Source of the DNA: Escherichia phage HP3
Length of the DNA: 64,000 bases
Sequence record: NC_041919.1
Direction: 5' to 3' (one strand)
The notes under the pieces were generated by a model that saw nothing but the letters and a program-made list of their open reading frames with translations, made no database searches and had not been told where the DNA came from. A program made the position numbers and the translations under genes. This document shows, one piece after another, positions 38,282-48,291 of the stretch. Position 1 is the stretch's first letter, and the number at the start of each line of letters is the position of its first letter.

Positions 38282-38800
38282 ATGGCTTACTTTAACGAAT
38301 GTAGTCAACTGATCGAAGGCGCTGATAAAGCTCAAAATGAATACTGGGATATTCTCGGTGATGAAAAAGACCCGCTGCAAGTTATGCTTGATATGCAGAA
38401 ATCTTTGCAGGTTCGTTTAGCTAAAGATAAACCTGAATATAACCGTCATCCTGATGATTTGGCTACTGCAGGCGAAGTTGTCGATTGGCTGCGTAATCAG
38501 AAAGATTACATTGATGATGAATTCCGCGAACTATTGACTTCTCTTGGTGGTATGAGCAATGGTGAAAAAGATGCATCTGCTGTATGGAAGCCTTGGAAGT
38601 CGCAGCATGGTGAACGTCGTGAAACTCTAATTACTGATTTGTCACCACAAGACCAATTGGAAATTAAATTCGAAATGATTGATATTCTTCATTTCGTTCT
38701 GAACATGTTCCAAGGTCTCGGTCTTACGGCTGAAGAAATCTTTAAACTTTATTATCTGAAAAATGCTGAAAACTTCGCTCGTCAAGACCGAGGTTATTAA
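38282..38800 (+). CDS. 56: dCTPase/dUTPase gp56 (MazG-like)
   Basis: 172 aa from ATG 38282; position next to dam. Confidence 0.8.
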   Translation: MAYFNECSQLIEGADKAQNEYWDILGDEKDPLQVMLDMQKSLQVRLAKDKPEYNRHPDDLATAGEVVDWLRNQKDYIDDEFRELLTSLGGMSNGEKDASAVWKPWKSQHGERRETLITDLSPQDQLEIKFEMIDILHFVLNMFQGLGLTAEEIFKLYYLKNAENFARQDRGY

Positions 38801-39000
38801 TGGCTCGTTTAAATAAACGCCAGCTTAAGAAAGCCCACAAGAAACGTATTGACCAGCTATTTAAAAATTATGACAAGGAGCTCACATACGAGCTCCTATC
38901 TAATCAGCTCCACAAAGCTTACACAATTAAAACTGGACATATACAATTAGGTAAGGTGCATGAAGAAGCCTTAAAATTAATTATAGAGCATTCAAAATGA
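38800..39000 (+). CDS. hypothetical basic protein (66 aa)
   Basis: ORF with TAATG overlap with gene 56. Confidence 0.5.
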   Translation: MARLNKRQLKKAHKKRIDQLFKNYDKELTYELLSNQLHKAYTIKTGHIQLGKVHEEALKLIIEHSK

Positions 39001-39020
39001 AATTTGATTTTTATGCATGG

Positions 39021-39046
39021 CAAAAAGCCGGGAGACCGGCTTTTTG
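39021..39046 (+). terminator. rho-independent terminator
   Basis: AAAAAGCCGG-GAGA-CCGGCTTTTT, symmetric A/T flanks. Confidence 0.6.
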
Positions 39047-39184
39047 AGCATTTGGTTCTGATGGATATAATATTAGAGCTCATTGGAAGTTTAATGCTCC
39101 AGCCGATTATTCTCCGGTAATTATTAACGGTGATGTTGTTATATTAACTAAAATTGGGTATTTTAACGTTCCGCAAGAATTTAT

Positions 39185-39192
39185 TATAAATA
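39185..39192 (+). promoter_or_regulatory. late promoter (TATAAATA) for soc
   Basis: exact TATAAATA about 30 nt upstream of soc ATG. Confidence 0.7.
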
Positions 39193-39221
39193 GTCATGTA
39201 ATTTAAATAAAGGAGAATTAC

Positions 39222-39467
39222 ATGACTAGTACTCGCGGTTATGTTAATATTAAAACATTTGAGCAAAAATTAGATGGAAATAAGAAAATTGAAGGAAAGG
39301 AAATTTCTGTAGCTTTCCCTCTTTATTCTGACGTTCACAAAATTTCTGGCGCTCATTATCAGATATTCCCTTCAGAAAAAGCAGCATATTCTACAGTATA
39401 TGAAGAAAATCAACGTACTGAATGGATTACTGCAAACGAAGATTTGTGGAAAGTAACTGGTGAATAA
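39222..39467 (+). CDS. soc: small outer capsid protein Soc
   Basis: 81 aa; MTSTRGYVNIKTFEQKLDGNKKIEG matches remembered T4 Soc. Confidence 0.9.
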   Translation: MTSTRGYVNIKTFEQKLDGNKKIEGKEISVAFPLYSDVHKISGAHYQIFPSEKAAYSTVYEENQRTEWITANEDLWKVTGE

Positions 39468-39473
39468 ATTCAA

Positions 39474-39497
39474 GGACTCCTTCGGGAGTCCTTTTTT
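39474..39497 (+). terminator. rho-independent terminator (GGACTCC-TTCG-GGAGTCC + T6)
   Basis: 7-bp stem, UUCG loop, T-run. Confidence 0.75.
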
Positions 39498-39507
39498 CAT
39501 TTTACCG

Positions 39508-39538
39508 GTTTACTTTCCAAAATGAGTATGGTATAATA
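39508..39538 (+). promoter_or_regulatory. T4-type early promoter
   Basis: GTTTAC 39508-39513, TGGTATAAT -10 at 39533-39538. Confidence 0.65.
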
Positions 39539-39563
39539 AAATTATCTTATAGAGGAGAGCACT

Positions 39564-39776
39564 ATGTTAAATCGCTGGATTAAACCAAATGAAGACCTCC
39601 AGAAGGTTCTTGATAAAGCTATCTCTGATAAATGGGGTATGAAAAGCTGGGATTGTGATATCGTCACGCATTCATTCATGATGCATGCAGATGGTTCAGT
39701 CGAGTTCAATGCTGAAATGCGATACACTGATTGGGGTGGATTTCAAAGAGTCGAATTTCAAAGAGGCTTTTTGTAA
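39564..39776 (+). CDS. hypothetical protein (70 aa)
   Basis: ORF with GAGGAGAG RBS. Confidence 0.5.
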   Translation: MLNRWIKPNEDLQKVLDKAISDKWGMKSWDCDIVTHSFMMHADGSVEFNAEMRYTDWGGFQRVEFQRGFL

Positions 39777-40114
39777 TGTTTATCTTTAATTGGTTTAAAA
39801 GTTTCTTTACGGATTTTTTCTCTACAACTCCCGGAGAAGGTGTAGTTCCTATTTCAAATGACTACCTTCCTTTAACTGTAGTTGAATATGTTTATATGGG
39901 AGATGGAACAGTAGAAGCGGTTACTATGACTTATGAAGAAGCCCAGGAATATTATAAAAATCCTTGGCGTTGGTCAACACCTACATCATCTAATACGCAG
40001 AATACACAGTCTAGTTCTGATTCATATGATACTAATGTTCCTGTTCATGTGTGGACGGGCGATTCATGTGGAAGTTCTTGTGATTCTAGTTGTTCATCTA
40101 CATCTTGTGATTGA
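39776..40114 (+). CDS. hypothetical protein with Cys/Ser-rich C-terminal tail (112 aa)
   Basis: ATG 39776 (TAATG junction); tail [18 protein letters not shown]. Confidence 0.5.
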   Translation: MFIFNWFKSFFTDFFSTTPGEGVVPISNDYLPLTVVEYVYMGDGTVEAVTMTYEEAQEYYKNPWRWSTPTSSNTQNTQSSSDSYDTNVPVHVWTGDSCGSSCDSSCSSTSCD

Positions 40115-40122
40115 GGAAAATT

Positions 40123-40608
40123 ATGGAAGCGATTTTGTTTGAAATGTATATTAGCAGTAATAGTTTGTCATTTGCTAAAGATGTTCCAATTACTGTAGCA
40201 GTAATGATTGATAAGGGTTATTGTGACCCAATGTATCTCGTAGAAAATTTCGTTTCAATGCCAGTTCCAGAAGATGCTGAAATAAAACTTAAAAAGATTG
40301 GTATTATTGAAACTGTACCAAATATTCCATTTAGAGCAATTGAAGCATTTACTAAATCCGAATACATTAATGTTAGCGCAGAACAATATAATGATAAGCC
40401 TTTATCTTTTTATTCGTACGATTCACTATATAGTTGGAAAATAGATAAAGGAAATAAATTTATAATTGCAAGTGAAGATGCGTTATCATACTTTATTTCT
40501 TCTGTATGGAATAGTTTACATCCAAATTTGCTAAAAATTCATGAATTTGATGATGCTCCTACTGTTGTTTTAGGTAAAACAAATGAAAGTTCTGAAGAAA
40601 ATGTTTGA
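40123..40608 (+). CDS. hypothetical protein (161 aa)
   Basis: ATG 40123 after GAGGAAAATT. Confidence 0.5.
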   Translation: MEAILFEMYISSNSLSFAKDVPITVAVMIDKGYCDPMYLVENFVSMPVPEDAEIKLKKIGIIETVPNIPFRAIEAFTKSEYINVSAEQYNDKPLSFYSYDSLYSWKIDKGNKFIIASEDALSYFISSVWNSLHPNLLKIHEFDDAPTVVLGKTNESSEENV

Positions 40609-40786
40609 ATGGTTCAATAGACCAAACTCAATGTATATTGATGATGGCTGGGTTGAACAAGCAAATAAAGAAATGCAGAACGAATCGGAAGAATGGATGA
40701 AATCAATGATTAGTGCTGAGAAAGAAAAGAAATTAGAACGCTCAGCGCTTAAATTGATGAGAGACATCTATGGTGATAAATCATGA
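40583..40786 (+). CDS. hypothetical protein (67 aa), start uncertain
   Basis: ORF overlapping previous gene end. Confidence 0.35.
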   Translation: MKVLKKMFEWFNRPNSMYIDDGWVEQANKEMQNESEEWMKSMISAEKEKKLERSALKLMRDIYGDKS

Positions 40787-40947
40787 ACAAAGATATGACG
40801 TTAGAAGAGGCCAAGGCTAAAGCAAATGAAGCACTGGATTTGCTTCTTAAAATTGGCAGTAAAATGATGGAAGAAAATGAGAAATATATCCAGGAAAACA
40901 AAATTCCTGACGGCCCATTAGTAGGCAAAAGGAAATCACATGATTGA
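40783..40947 (+). CDS. hypothetical small protein (54 aa)
   Basis: ATG 40783 overlapping upstream stop (ATGA); below track cutoff. Confidence 0.3.
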   Translation: MNKDMTLEEAKAKANEALDLLLKIGSKMMEENEKYIQENKIPDGPLVGKRKSHD

Positions 40948-41422
40948 AGTAGCAAAACATTATTCAATAGAATTTATGTCTAAAGAAGGTAAATCAGTAA
41001 ATGCACTTGATAAAAAATGCTCATTAATTATTCCTTTAGCAGAAAATCCGGATCTTTTAATTAAAGATATAAAAGAAAGAAAATATCCAGAAAATGTTAT
41101 TCTAATTATAAAGCATACTGAAGATATTTTACAGAATACTGATTCACCGTTTTCTTCTTCTGAAGCTTTAACTATTAAAGGCTATAAAAGAGCTCATGAA
41201 TATGGTCTTTTTGCCCTGTTTGAAGACGATAAAGTTAAATTAGCACTTAATTTAGCAGGTCAACCTTCTAAAAGTAAAACATTCATTATTGAAGATATTA
41301 AAGATATAAATGCATTTGTTAAGATGGTCTGGGCTCATTTTGATGTTGGACTACGCTGGAGAATGTCCGAAGAAGAAAGAAAGATTATTGAAGCTAATCG
41401 TCATTTTGGTTTTTATCGCTAG
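40940..41422 (+). CDS. hypothetical protein (160 aa)
   Basis: ORF. Confidence 0.55.
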   Translation: MIEVAKHYSIEFMSKEGKSVNALDKKCSLIIPLAENPDLLIKDIKERKYPENVILIIKHTEDILQNTDSPFSSSEALTIKGYKRAHEYGLFALFEDDKVKLALNLAGQPSKSKTFIIEDIKDINAFVKMVWAHFDVGLRWRMSEEERKIIEANRHFGFYR

Positions 41423-41430
41423 GAATTAAT

Positions 41431-41613
41431 ATGGATTTATTTGAGATGTTAGAAGATAATCATTCTACGAATAACCAGAATGATTCTAGTGATTATAAGA
41501 AAGAGTACCGTATAGTATTACAGAATTATGGAATTGAAGCCCCAGATGCTCTTCTAGAAGAACTAGCTTCATACCATCTTGACCCTCCGCCCTGGGCTCC
41601 CTGGGCAAAATAA
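41431..41613 (+). CDS. hypothetical protein (60 aa)
   Basis: ORF. Confidence 0.4.
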   Translation: MDLFEMLEDNHSTNNQNDSSDYKKEYRIVLQNYGIEAPDALLEELASYHLDPPPWAPWAK

Positions 41614-41624
41614 TTCAAAAAGTT

Positions 41625-41654
41625 GTTTACTTTCCTTTCTAACGATGATATGAT
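41625..41654 (+). promoter_or_regulatory. T4-type early promoter
   Basis: GTTTAC 41625-41630, TATGAT 41649-41654. Confidence 0.6.
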
Positions 41655-41681
41655 AGCTTCTGAAGTATACGGGAGGCTATC

Positions 41682-42305
41682 ATGATTATTAATCTCGCAG
41701 ATGTTGAACAGTTATCTATAAAAGCTGAAAGCGTTGATTTTCAATATGATATGTATAAAAAGGTCTGTGAAAAATTTACTGACTTTGAACAGTCAATTCT
41801 TTGGCAATGTATGGAAGCCAAAAAGAATGAAGCTCTTCATAGGCAGTTGAATAAAATCGTTAAAAAGCATTTAACTAAATCGCCTTATCAGCTATATCGT
41901 GGTATATCAAAATCGACAAAAGAACTCATTAAAGATTTACAAGTCGGAGAAGTGTTTTCAACGAACAGAGTAGATTCATTTACTACTAGTTTGCACACAG
42001 CATGTGGTTTTTCTTATGTTGAGTATTTCACTGAAATAATATTTCGCTTAAAAACTGATAAAGCTTTTAATTATTCTGACCATATCAGCGATATTATACT
42101 TTCTTCTCCTAATACTGAATTTAAGTATACATATGAAGATACTGATGGATTAGATTCAGAGCGTACTGATAACTTAATGATGATTGTGCGTGAACAAGAA
42201 TGGATGATTCCAATTGGAAAGTATAGAATAACTTCTATTTCAAAAGAAAAATTACACGATTCATTTGGAACATTTAAAGTTTATGATATTGAGGTAGTTG
42301 AATGA
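41682..42305 (+). CDS. modB: ADP-ribosyltransferase ModB
   Basis: 207 aa; R (YRG), STN and QEW (REQEW) ADP-ribosyltransferase triad. Confidence 0.75.
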   Translation: MIINLADVEQLSIKAESVDFQYDMYKKVCEKFTDFEQSILWQCMEAKKNEALHRQLNKIVKKHLTKSPYQLYRGISKSTKELIKDLQVGEVFSTNRVDSFTTSLHTACGFSYVEYFTEIIFRLKTDKAFNYSDHISDIILSSPNTEFKYTYEDTDGLDSERTDNLMMIVREQEWMIPIGKYRITSISKEKLHDSFGTFKVYDIEVVE

Positions 42306-42904
42306 AATATTCAGCAATGCAATTAAAAGATTTTAAAATCAAATCAATGGATGCATCTGTGCGTGCTTCTATTCGTGAAGAATTACTTTCTGAAGGATTT
42401 AATTTATCTGAAATTGAACTTTTAATTCATTGTATTACTAATAAACCAGACGATCATTCTTGGTTAAATGAAATAGTCAAATCTCGTTTGGAACCAAACG
42501 ATAAACCTCTTTGGAGAGGTGTTCCAGCTGAGACTAAGCAGGTGTTAAATCAAGGAATTGATATTATTACATTTGATAAAGTCGTATCAGCTTCATATGA
42601 TAAAAATATAGCTCTACATTTTGCTTCTGGATTAGAATACAACACACAAGTTATTTTTGAATTCAAAGCTCCTATGGTGTTTAATTTCCAGGAGTATGCT
42701 ATAAAAGCTTTACGTTGTAAAGAATATAGTCCGAGTTTTAAGTTTCCGGATAGCCATCGCTATCGTAATATGGAATTAGTTTCAGATGAACAAGAAGTAA
42801 TGATACCAGCTGGAAGTGTATTTAGAATTGCGGATAGATACGAGTATAAAAAGTATTCAACATACACTATCTATACTCTTGATTTTGAAGGATTTAATCT
42901 ATAA
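42302..42904 (+). CDS. modA: ADP-ribosyltransferase ModA
   Basis: 200 aa paralog of the preceding ORF (LWRGV, SASYD, EQEVMIP). Confidence 0.75.
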   Translation: MKYSAMQLKDFKIKSMDASVRASIREELLSEGFNLSEIELLIHCITNKPDDHSWLNEIVKSRLEPNDKPLWRGVPAETKQVLNQGIDIITFDKVVSASYDKNIALHFASGLEYNTQVIFEFKAPMVFNFQEYAIKALRCKEYSPSFKFPDSHRYRNMELVSDEQEVMIPAGSVFRIADRYEYKKYSTYTIYTLDFEGFNL

Positions 42905-42960
42905 TGGAAGGACTTAGATTCATTATACCATGAAAGTTTTAAAGCATTTTTCATAAAGTT

Positions 42961-42990
42961 GTTTACAAGCTGAAGTAAAAATGTTATAGT
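42961..42990 (+). promoter_or_regulatory. T4-type early promoter
   Basis: GTTTAC 42961-42966, TATAGT 42985-42990. Confidence 0.65.
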
Positions 42991-43020
42991 ATAAGTAGTT
43001 AACCCGTCCGTGAGAAAAAT

Positions 43021-43767
43021 ATGAAACTGTCTAAAAATCAAATTCGTAAAATTACACGTCGTCTAGAGCATACTCAGGCATCTGCTAAAAGACGTTCTAA
43101 AGATTTTAACTTAGACTTCAATTACATTAAGAACATTTTAGATCAGAAAGTTTGCGCTTACTCAGGAGAACCTTTTGATAATCGTATTGAAGGAGAGAAA
43201 TTATCATTAGAACGTTTTGATAATAACGTTGGATACATTAAAGGGAATGTTATTGCAGTAAAGAAAAAGTACAATACATTTCGTTCTGATTATACTTTAG
43301 AAGAGTTGATTGAAAAGCGTGATTTATTTGCTTTGCGAATTGGTCGTTCATCTGCGAAAAAAGTTCATAAACTAAATTTAGATGAAAAGAAATGGGCTAA
43401 AATCAAAAAGACTTATAATCAAATTAAAGCTATACAGAAAAAACGTGAAAACCGAATTGAACACATTTCTCAGCTTTCTAAATCAAAACAGACCTCTGAC
43501 ATTAAGCTAAGGATTATAGCACTTAAAGCACGTATTGATGGTTCTCGCATAGCAGAAGGCGCTGAAGTTGTTAAATTGAACGTTCTTCTTAAAGGCTCGG
43601 ATTGGAAAATTGTGAAAAAGCTGTCAGAAGCAGAAATGCAATATGATATGTGTGATAAAATTATTCAAGGTGTAGAGCGGTATCAAAATTTGTCTTTTAT
43701 TGATAAACTTAAACTGAAAAGAGGATACCCGCTAAATTGTTCAATTTTTAAACTTATCCGAGGATAA
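43021..43767 (+). CDS. hypothetical protein (248 aa); position corresponds to T4 srd
   Basis: ORF between modA and dda.1/dda; identity by synteny only. Confidence 0.45.
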   Translation: MKLSKNQIRKITRRLEHTQASAKRRSKDFNLDFNYIKNILDQKVCAYSGEPFDNRIEGEKLSLERFDNNVGYIKGNVIAVKKKYNTFRSDYTLEELIEKRDLFALRIGRSSAKKVHKLNLDEKKWAKIKKTYNQIKAIQKKRENRIEHISQLSKSKQTSDIKLRIIALKARIDGSRIAEGAEVVKLNVLLKGSDWKIVKKLSEAEMQYDMCDKIIQGVERYQNLSFIDKLKLKRGYPLNCSIFKLIRG

Positions 43768-43768
43768 T

Positions 43769-44080
43769 ATGGTTTATGTATATGCGATAGTTTACCGAGA
43801 CAAAGACGGATTTACGGCGCCAGTTCCACTTGATGAACATCGTCCTGCTGTATTTTTTGAAAGGGAGATTGCTGATAAAGTATTTACTACTCTTAAAGAG
43901 CAGTATCGACTAGCTTTAGGTAAAGGAATTCCAAGATTAGTTGAGACTCCACGTAAATTTTGGTTTAATAAAATAGAAGTTAAACATGTTAAGCCTGATG
44001 TAGATACACAAAGATTATATCAACGAATTCTAGATACTGGGCGTATTGTTAGTATTCCAATTGCAGGGACTTTCCGATGA
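43769..44080 (+). CDS. hypothetical protein (103 aa)
   Basis: ORF immediately upstream of dda. Confidence 0.5.
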   Translation: MVYVYAIVYRDKDGFTAPVPLDEHRPAVFFEREIADKVFTTLKEQYRLALGKGIPRLVETPRKFWFNKIEVKHVKPDVDTQRLYQRILDTGRIVSIPIAGTFR

Positions 44081-45396
44081 CATTTGATGATTTGACAGAA
44101 GGCCAGAAAAATGCCTTTAACATCGTTATGAGGGCTATTAAAGAAAAGAAACATCATGTAACTATTAATGGACCTGCTGGTACCGGTAAGACTACTCTTA
44201 CTAAGTTCATCATTGAAGCTTTAATATCTACGGGTGAAACTGGTATTATTTTAGCAGCTCCTACTCATGCAGCTAAAAAGATTCTTTCAAAACTATCAGG
44301 GAAAGAAGCAAGTACTATTCATAGCATTCTTAAAATTAACCCAGTAACATATGAAGAAAACGTTCTTTTTGAACAAAAAGAAGTACCGGATTTAGCTAAA
44401 TGCAGAGTATTAATCTGCGACGAAGTGTCAATGTATGATAGAAAGCTATTTAAAATTCTGCTTTCAACTATCCCGCCGTGGTGTACTATAATTGGAATAG
44501 GTGATAATAAGCAGATTAGACCTGTTGACCCAGGAGAAAACACTGCTTATATCAGTCCATTCTTTACACACAAAGATTTTTATCAGTGTGAACTTACTGA
44601 AGTTAAACGCAGTAATGCTCCTATTATTGATGTAGCTACTGACGTTCGTAACGGTAAGTGGATTTATGATAAAATTGTTGACGGGCATGGAGTACGTGGA
44701 TTTACAGGTGATACCGCTTTACGCGATTTTATGGTAAATTATTTTTCAATCGTAAAATCACTAGATGATTTGTTTGAAAATCGCGTAATGGCATTTACGA
44801 ATAAATCTGTTGACAAGTTAAATAGCATTATTCGTAAAAAGATTTTTGAAACTGATAAAGATTTTATTGTCGGTGAAATTATTGTAATGCAGGAACCATT
44901 AATTAAAACATATAAAATTGATGGAAAGCCTGTGCCAGAAATTATTTTTAATAACGGACAATTAGTTCGTATTATAGAAGCAGAGTATACATCGACGTTT
45001 GTTAAAGCTCGTGGTGTTCCTGGAGAATACTTAATTCGTCATTGGGATTTAACAGTAGAAACTTATGGCGATGATGAATATTATCGTGAAAAGATTAAAA
45101 TAATTTCATCTGATGAAGAACTGTATAAGTTTAACCTATTTTTAGGTAAAACGGCAGAAACTTATAAAAATTGGAACAAAGGCGGAAAAGCTCCATGGAG
45201 TGATTTTTGGGATGCTAAATCACAGTTTAGTAAAGTGAAAGCACTTCCTGCATCAACATTCCATAAAGCACAGGGCATGTCTGTAGACCGTGCTTTCATT
45301 TATACGCCTTGTATTCATTATGCAGATGCTGAATTGGCTCAACAACTTCTTTATGTTGGTGTTACCCGTGGTCGTTATGATGTGTTTTATGTATGA
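44077..45396 (+). CDS. dda: DNA helicase Dda (SF1B)
   Basis: 439 aa; Walker A GPAGTGKTT; matches remembered T4 Dda N-terminus. Confidence 0.95.
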   Translation: MTFDDLTEGQKNAFNIVMRAIKEKKHHVTINGPAGTGKTTLTKFIIEALISTGETGIILAAPTHAAKKILSKLSGKEASTIHSILKINPVTYEENVLFEQKEVPDLAKCRVLICDEVSMYDRKLFKILLSTIPPWCTIIGIGDNKQIRPVDPGENTAYISPFFTHKDFYQCELTEVKRSNAPIIDVATDVRNGKWIYDKIVDGHGVRGFTGDTALRDFMVNYFSIVKSLDDLFENRVMAFTNKSVDKLNSIIRKKIFETDKDFIVGEIIVMQEPLIKTYKIDGKPVPEIIFNNGQLVRIIEAEYTSTFVKARGVPGEYLIRHWDLTVETYGDDEYYREKIKIISSDEELYKFNLFLGKTAETYKNWNKGGKAPWSDFWDAKSQFSKVKALPASTFHKAQGMSVDRAFIYTPCIHYADAELAQQLLYVGVTRGRYDVFYV

Positions 45397-45417
45397 TTAA
45401 ATTTGAGGAAGCTATTC

Positions 45418-45663
45418 GTGGAAATAACTAAAGATCAGTTTTATCTTCTTCAAGATAAAGTAAGCGAAATTTATGAAATTGCTTATAGCAAAAATCGTGA
45501 AACTGTAAAAATAGAATCTAGTAAGTTGATGCTTCAATTAGAAGAAATTGAACGAGATTTAATTGCGTTAGAATTCTTTTGTGGTGAAGTGAAAACTGTT
45601 ACAATCAATGATTATATTTTAGGCGAAATTAGCTATCTTTATAAGGCGATTATTAATGATTGA
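45418..45663 (+). CDS. hypothetical protein (81 aa)
   Basis: probable GTG start 45418 after GAGGAAG. Confidence 0.45.
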   Translation: MEITKDQFYLLQDKVSEIYEIAYSKNRETVKIESSKLMLQLEEIERDLIALEFFCGEVKTVTINDYILGEISYLYKAIIND

Positions 45664-45898
45664 ATTGAGTTGGTACCAGTTTAAATCTCTTATGACAAAT
45701 GTTAAAACTGTCATTGAAGAAAATCAGGGTCCTGAAAATATTACTATTCGCGAAAAAGCTTTAAAGATAGTATACAGTCTTGAAGAAATACAAAAAGATA
45801 TTGAATCTATGGCAAAATTTATTGATGAACCTATTAATAAAGTTTATATTCAAGATTATACTGTAGGTCAAATTCGCGATTTAGCAAGGAAAATTTAA
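45656..45898 (+). CDS. hypothetical protein (80 aa), paralog of preceding ORF
   Basis: shared E(I/L)..(I/L)E.D(I/L)..(M/L)..F pattern with 45418 ORF. Confidence 0.5.
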   Translation: MIELSWYQFKSLMTNVKTVIEENQGPENITIREKALKIVYSLEEIQKDIESMAKFIDEPINKVYIQDYTVGQIRDLARKI

Positions 45899-46581
45899 TG
45901 TTTGATTTTATTATAGATTTTGAAACAATGGGAAGTGGTGAAAAAGCAGCTGTTATTGATTTAGCTGTAATTGCTTTTGACCCTAATCCAGAAGTAGTTG
46001 AAACATTTGATGAATTAGTTTCACGCGGCATTAAAATCAAGTTTGATTTAAAAAGCCAAAAAGGACATCGTCTTTTTACTAAAAGCACTATCGAATGGTG
46101 GAAGAATCAATCTCCTGAAGCTCGAAAAAATATTGCACCATCAGATGAAGATGTAAGCACTATCGATGGTATTGCAAAATTTAATGATTACATCAATGCA
46201 CATAATATCGATCCTTGGAAATCTCAAGGCTGGTGCCGTGGAATGTCGTTTGATTTTCCAATTTTAGTCGATCTTATTCGTGATATTCAACGTTTTAATG
46301 GTGTTTCTGAGAATGAGCTTGACACATTTAAGTTAGAACCATGTAAATTCTGGAATCAGCGTGATATTCGTACCAGAATTGAAGCACTTCTGCTTGTTCG
46401 TGATATGACCACGTGTCCTCTTCCAAAAGGAACTTTAGATGGATTCGTTGCGCATGATTCTATTCATGACTGTGCGAAAGACATCCTGATGATGAAGTAC
46501 GCTTTGCGATATGCTATGGGTCTTGAAGATGCTCCATCAGAGGAAGATTGCGATCCTCTATCTCTTCCAACAAAACGATAA
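45898..46581 (+). CDS. dexA: exonuclease A (DEDD 3'-5' exonuclease)
   Basis: 227 aa; N-terminal DFETMG exonuclease motif; position after dda. Confidence 0.85.
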   Translation: MFDFIIDFETMGSGEKAAVIDLAVIAFDPNPEVVETFDELVSRGIKIKFDLKSQKGHRLFTKSTIEWWKNQSPEARKNIAPSDEDVSTIDGIAKFNDYINAHNIDPWKSQGWCRGMSFDFPILVDLIRDIQRFNGVSENELDTFKLEPCKFWNQRDIRTRIEALLLVRDMTTCPLPKGTLDGFVAHDSIHDCAKDILMMKYALRYAMGLEDAPSEEDCDPLSLPTKR

Positions 46582-46587
46582 AAAGTT

Positions 46588-46617
46588 GTTTACTTCCTCG
46601 GTTAGTTGTGGTATTAT
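46588..46617 (+). promoter_or_regulatory. T4-type early promoter
   Basis: GTTTAC 46588-46593, TGGTATTAT -10 at 46612-46617. Confidence 0.65.
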
Positions 46618-46644
46618 AACACCATAGCTACTGAGGATAATAAA

Positions 46645-47145
46645 ATGAAAATTTATCGTGTTGAATCATCGTTTAGTATTCTTGATTATGAAGATGCTAT
46701 AACAATACGTCGAAATCTTTGTGTTCAAATAACGCCGTACAGGAGTATAATAGATTCATGGAGCGAAGAGTGGCTATTACACGTAGGTTATGACAGACCT
46801 AATTTTATGCATCATAGCGATAATAATAAAAGAATTCCTTTACCACACGAAGATAAACTATTAGTTAAAAACGCTAATATAGTAATTAATACTAAGTTCA
46901 AGAAAGATTATGTTGGAGTAGAATATCATATTCCAGGATGGTTTATAGGTCTTTATCATTTTGCTTTCGCTAGTGAATATGATATGATGAGATGGTTCAC
47001 ACGAGAAGAGCGTGAAGAATTAGCTTCGAAAGGATTTTATCTTGCTGTATACGAAGTACCAGATGACCAAGTTATCATTGGCGGGCATCAAGTAATGTTC
47101 CGTAAATCCCATGCTGAACTTGTAGATTTTATTGAAATGAGATAA
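46645..47145 (+). CDS. hypothetical protein (166 aa)
   Basis: ATG 46645 after GAGGATAAT. Confidence 0.5.
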   Translation: MKIYRVESSFSILDYEDAITIRRNLCVQITPYRSIIDSWSEEWLLHVGYDRPNFMHHSDNNKRIPLPHEDKLLVKNANIVINTKFKKDYVGVEYHIPGWFIGLYHFAFASEYDMMRWFTREEREELASKGFYLAVYEVPDDQVIIGGHQVMFRKSHAELVDFIEMR

Positions 47146-47147
47146 TT

Positions 47148-47693
47148 ATGAAATTTAATTATAATCCTGAATACACACCGAATCCGGCAGCTAAACTGAT
47201 TGATTTTGACGTTGTAAGTACTTATGTATGCCCTGTTAAACCACTGGAAATTAAGGAACCTACTATGACTACCGCTATTGAAATCGGCAAAACCTACAAA
47301 CTGGTTGAACCTAAAATTAAAACTAATGCCTTGATTTCTGGTCATAAAACTCTGACTGATGTTTTTGGCGAAGGCGAATTTATTGTTGAAGAATTTGCCA
47401 AAAGTGAGTGGTTTGACAAATCTTACGTCATCCACGGTCGCCGGTTAGATAATAACAAAATAAAGAAAAACCTGGTTTATGAAGATGAGTTCATCCTGTT
47501 CCAAGAAGTTGAAGAACAAGACCCTACAGACCTGTTGTGTGCTGCTGTGTCTATCCGTCGTCCTTTTGATAATCCTATCTGTGGTTGGGTAACAGACCAG
47601 TGGATTGAAGATGGTGTTGAGCTTCTGAACGTTGTCCATGCAGGAGATTTTAGTGTAGTACCTCGTAGTGCGGTGGTAGCTATTTTGAATTAA
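47148..47693 (+). CDS. hypothetical protein (181 aa), tandem paralog A
   Basis: C-terminal TDQWIEDGVEL shared with next ORF. Confidence 0.55.
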   Translation: MKFNYNPEYTPNPAAKLIDFDVVSTYVCPVKPLEIKEPTMTTAIEIGKTYKLVEPKIKTNALISGHKTLTDVFGEGEFIVEEFAKSEWFDKSYVIHGRRLDNNKIKKNLVYEDEFILFQEVEEQDPTDLLCAAVSIRRPFDNPICGWVTDQWIEDGVELLNVVHAGDFSVVPRSAVVAILN

Positions 47694-47695
47694 TA

Positions 47696-47730
47696 GTTTA
47701 CAAACTCTTGGGACCAGAGTATAATGGTCC
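47696..47730 (+). promoter_or_regulatory. T4-type early promoter with inverted repeat around -10
   Basis: GTTTAC 47696-47701, TATAAT 47720-47725; GGACCA (47711-47716) / TGGTCC (47725-47730). Confidence 0.65.
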
Positions 47731-47769
47731 TGTGGAGTATAAAATCTTTTTAACAAGTGAGAGATAACT

Positions 47770-48261
47770 ATGATTATTAATATTGGTGAAATTGCTCGTG
47801 TATCTGATAAATCCCGTTCTAAAGCAGCAGGAAAATTGGTCGAAATTGTAAGCATTCAGCTTAAACACGGCGTTAAAGATGAAGATTCTGAAGTAAAAGT
47901 GCGTATCATTCCTAAAGATGGAAAGTCTAAACCTCAGTTTGGTTATGTTCGCGCGAAATTTCTTGAATCTGCGTTTTTGAAAGCTGTTCCCGCTAAAGGA
48001 ATTGAAACGATTGATACTTCGCATGTAGGTGTAGACTTTAAGTGGAAACTCGGTCAAGCTATTAAGTTCATTGCTCCTTATGAGTTTGAATTTATCGAAG
48101 GTGGACAACCACTTCCTCGGCGTACTCGCGCTATGTGCGCATACATTACTGATCAATGGGTAGAAGATGGCGTTAAGTTATACAACGCGGTATTTTTAGG
48201 AACATACAAAGTCATTCCTGAAAGTTGGATTAAACACTACAGCAAAGCTCGCTATGCATAA
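47770..48261 (+). CDS. hypothetical protein (163 aa), tandem paralog B
   Basis: C-terminal TDQWVEDGVKL. Confidence 0.55.
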   Translation: MIINIGEIARVSDKSRSKAAGKLVEIVSIQLKHGVKDEDSEVKVRIIPKDGKSKPQFGYVRAKFLESAFLKAVPAKGIETIDTSHVGVDFKWKLGQAIKFIAPYEFEFIEGGQPLPRRTRAMCAYITDQWVEDGVKLYNAVFLGTYKVIPESWIKHYSKARYA

Positions 48262-48291
48262 AGTTTAAAATTTTTTCATAAAACTATATAC

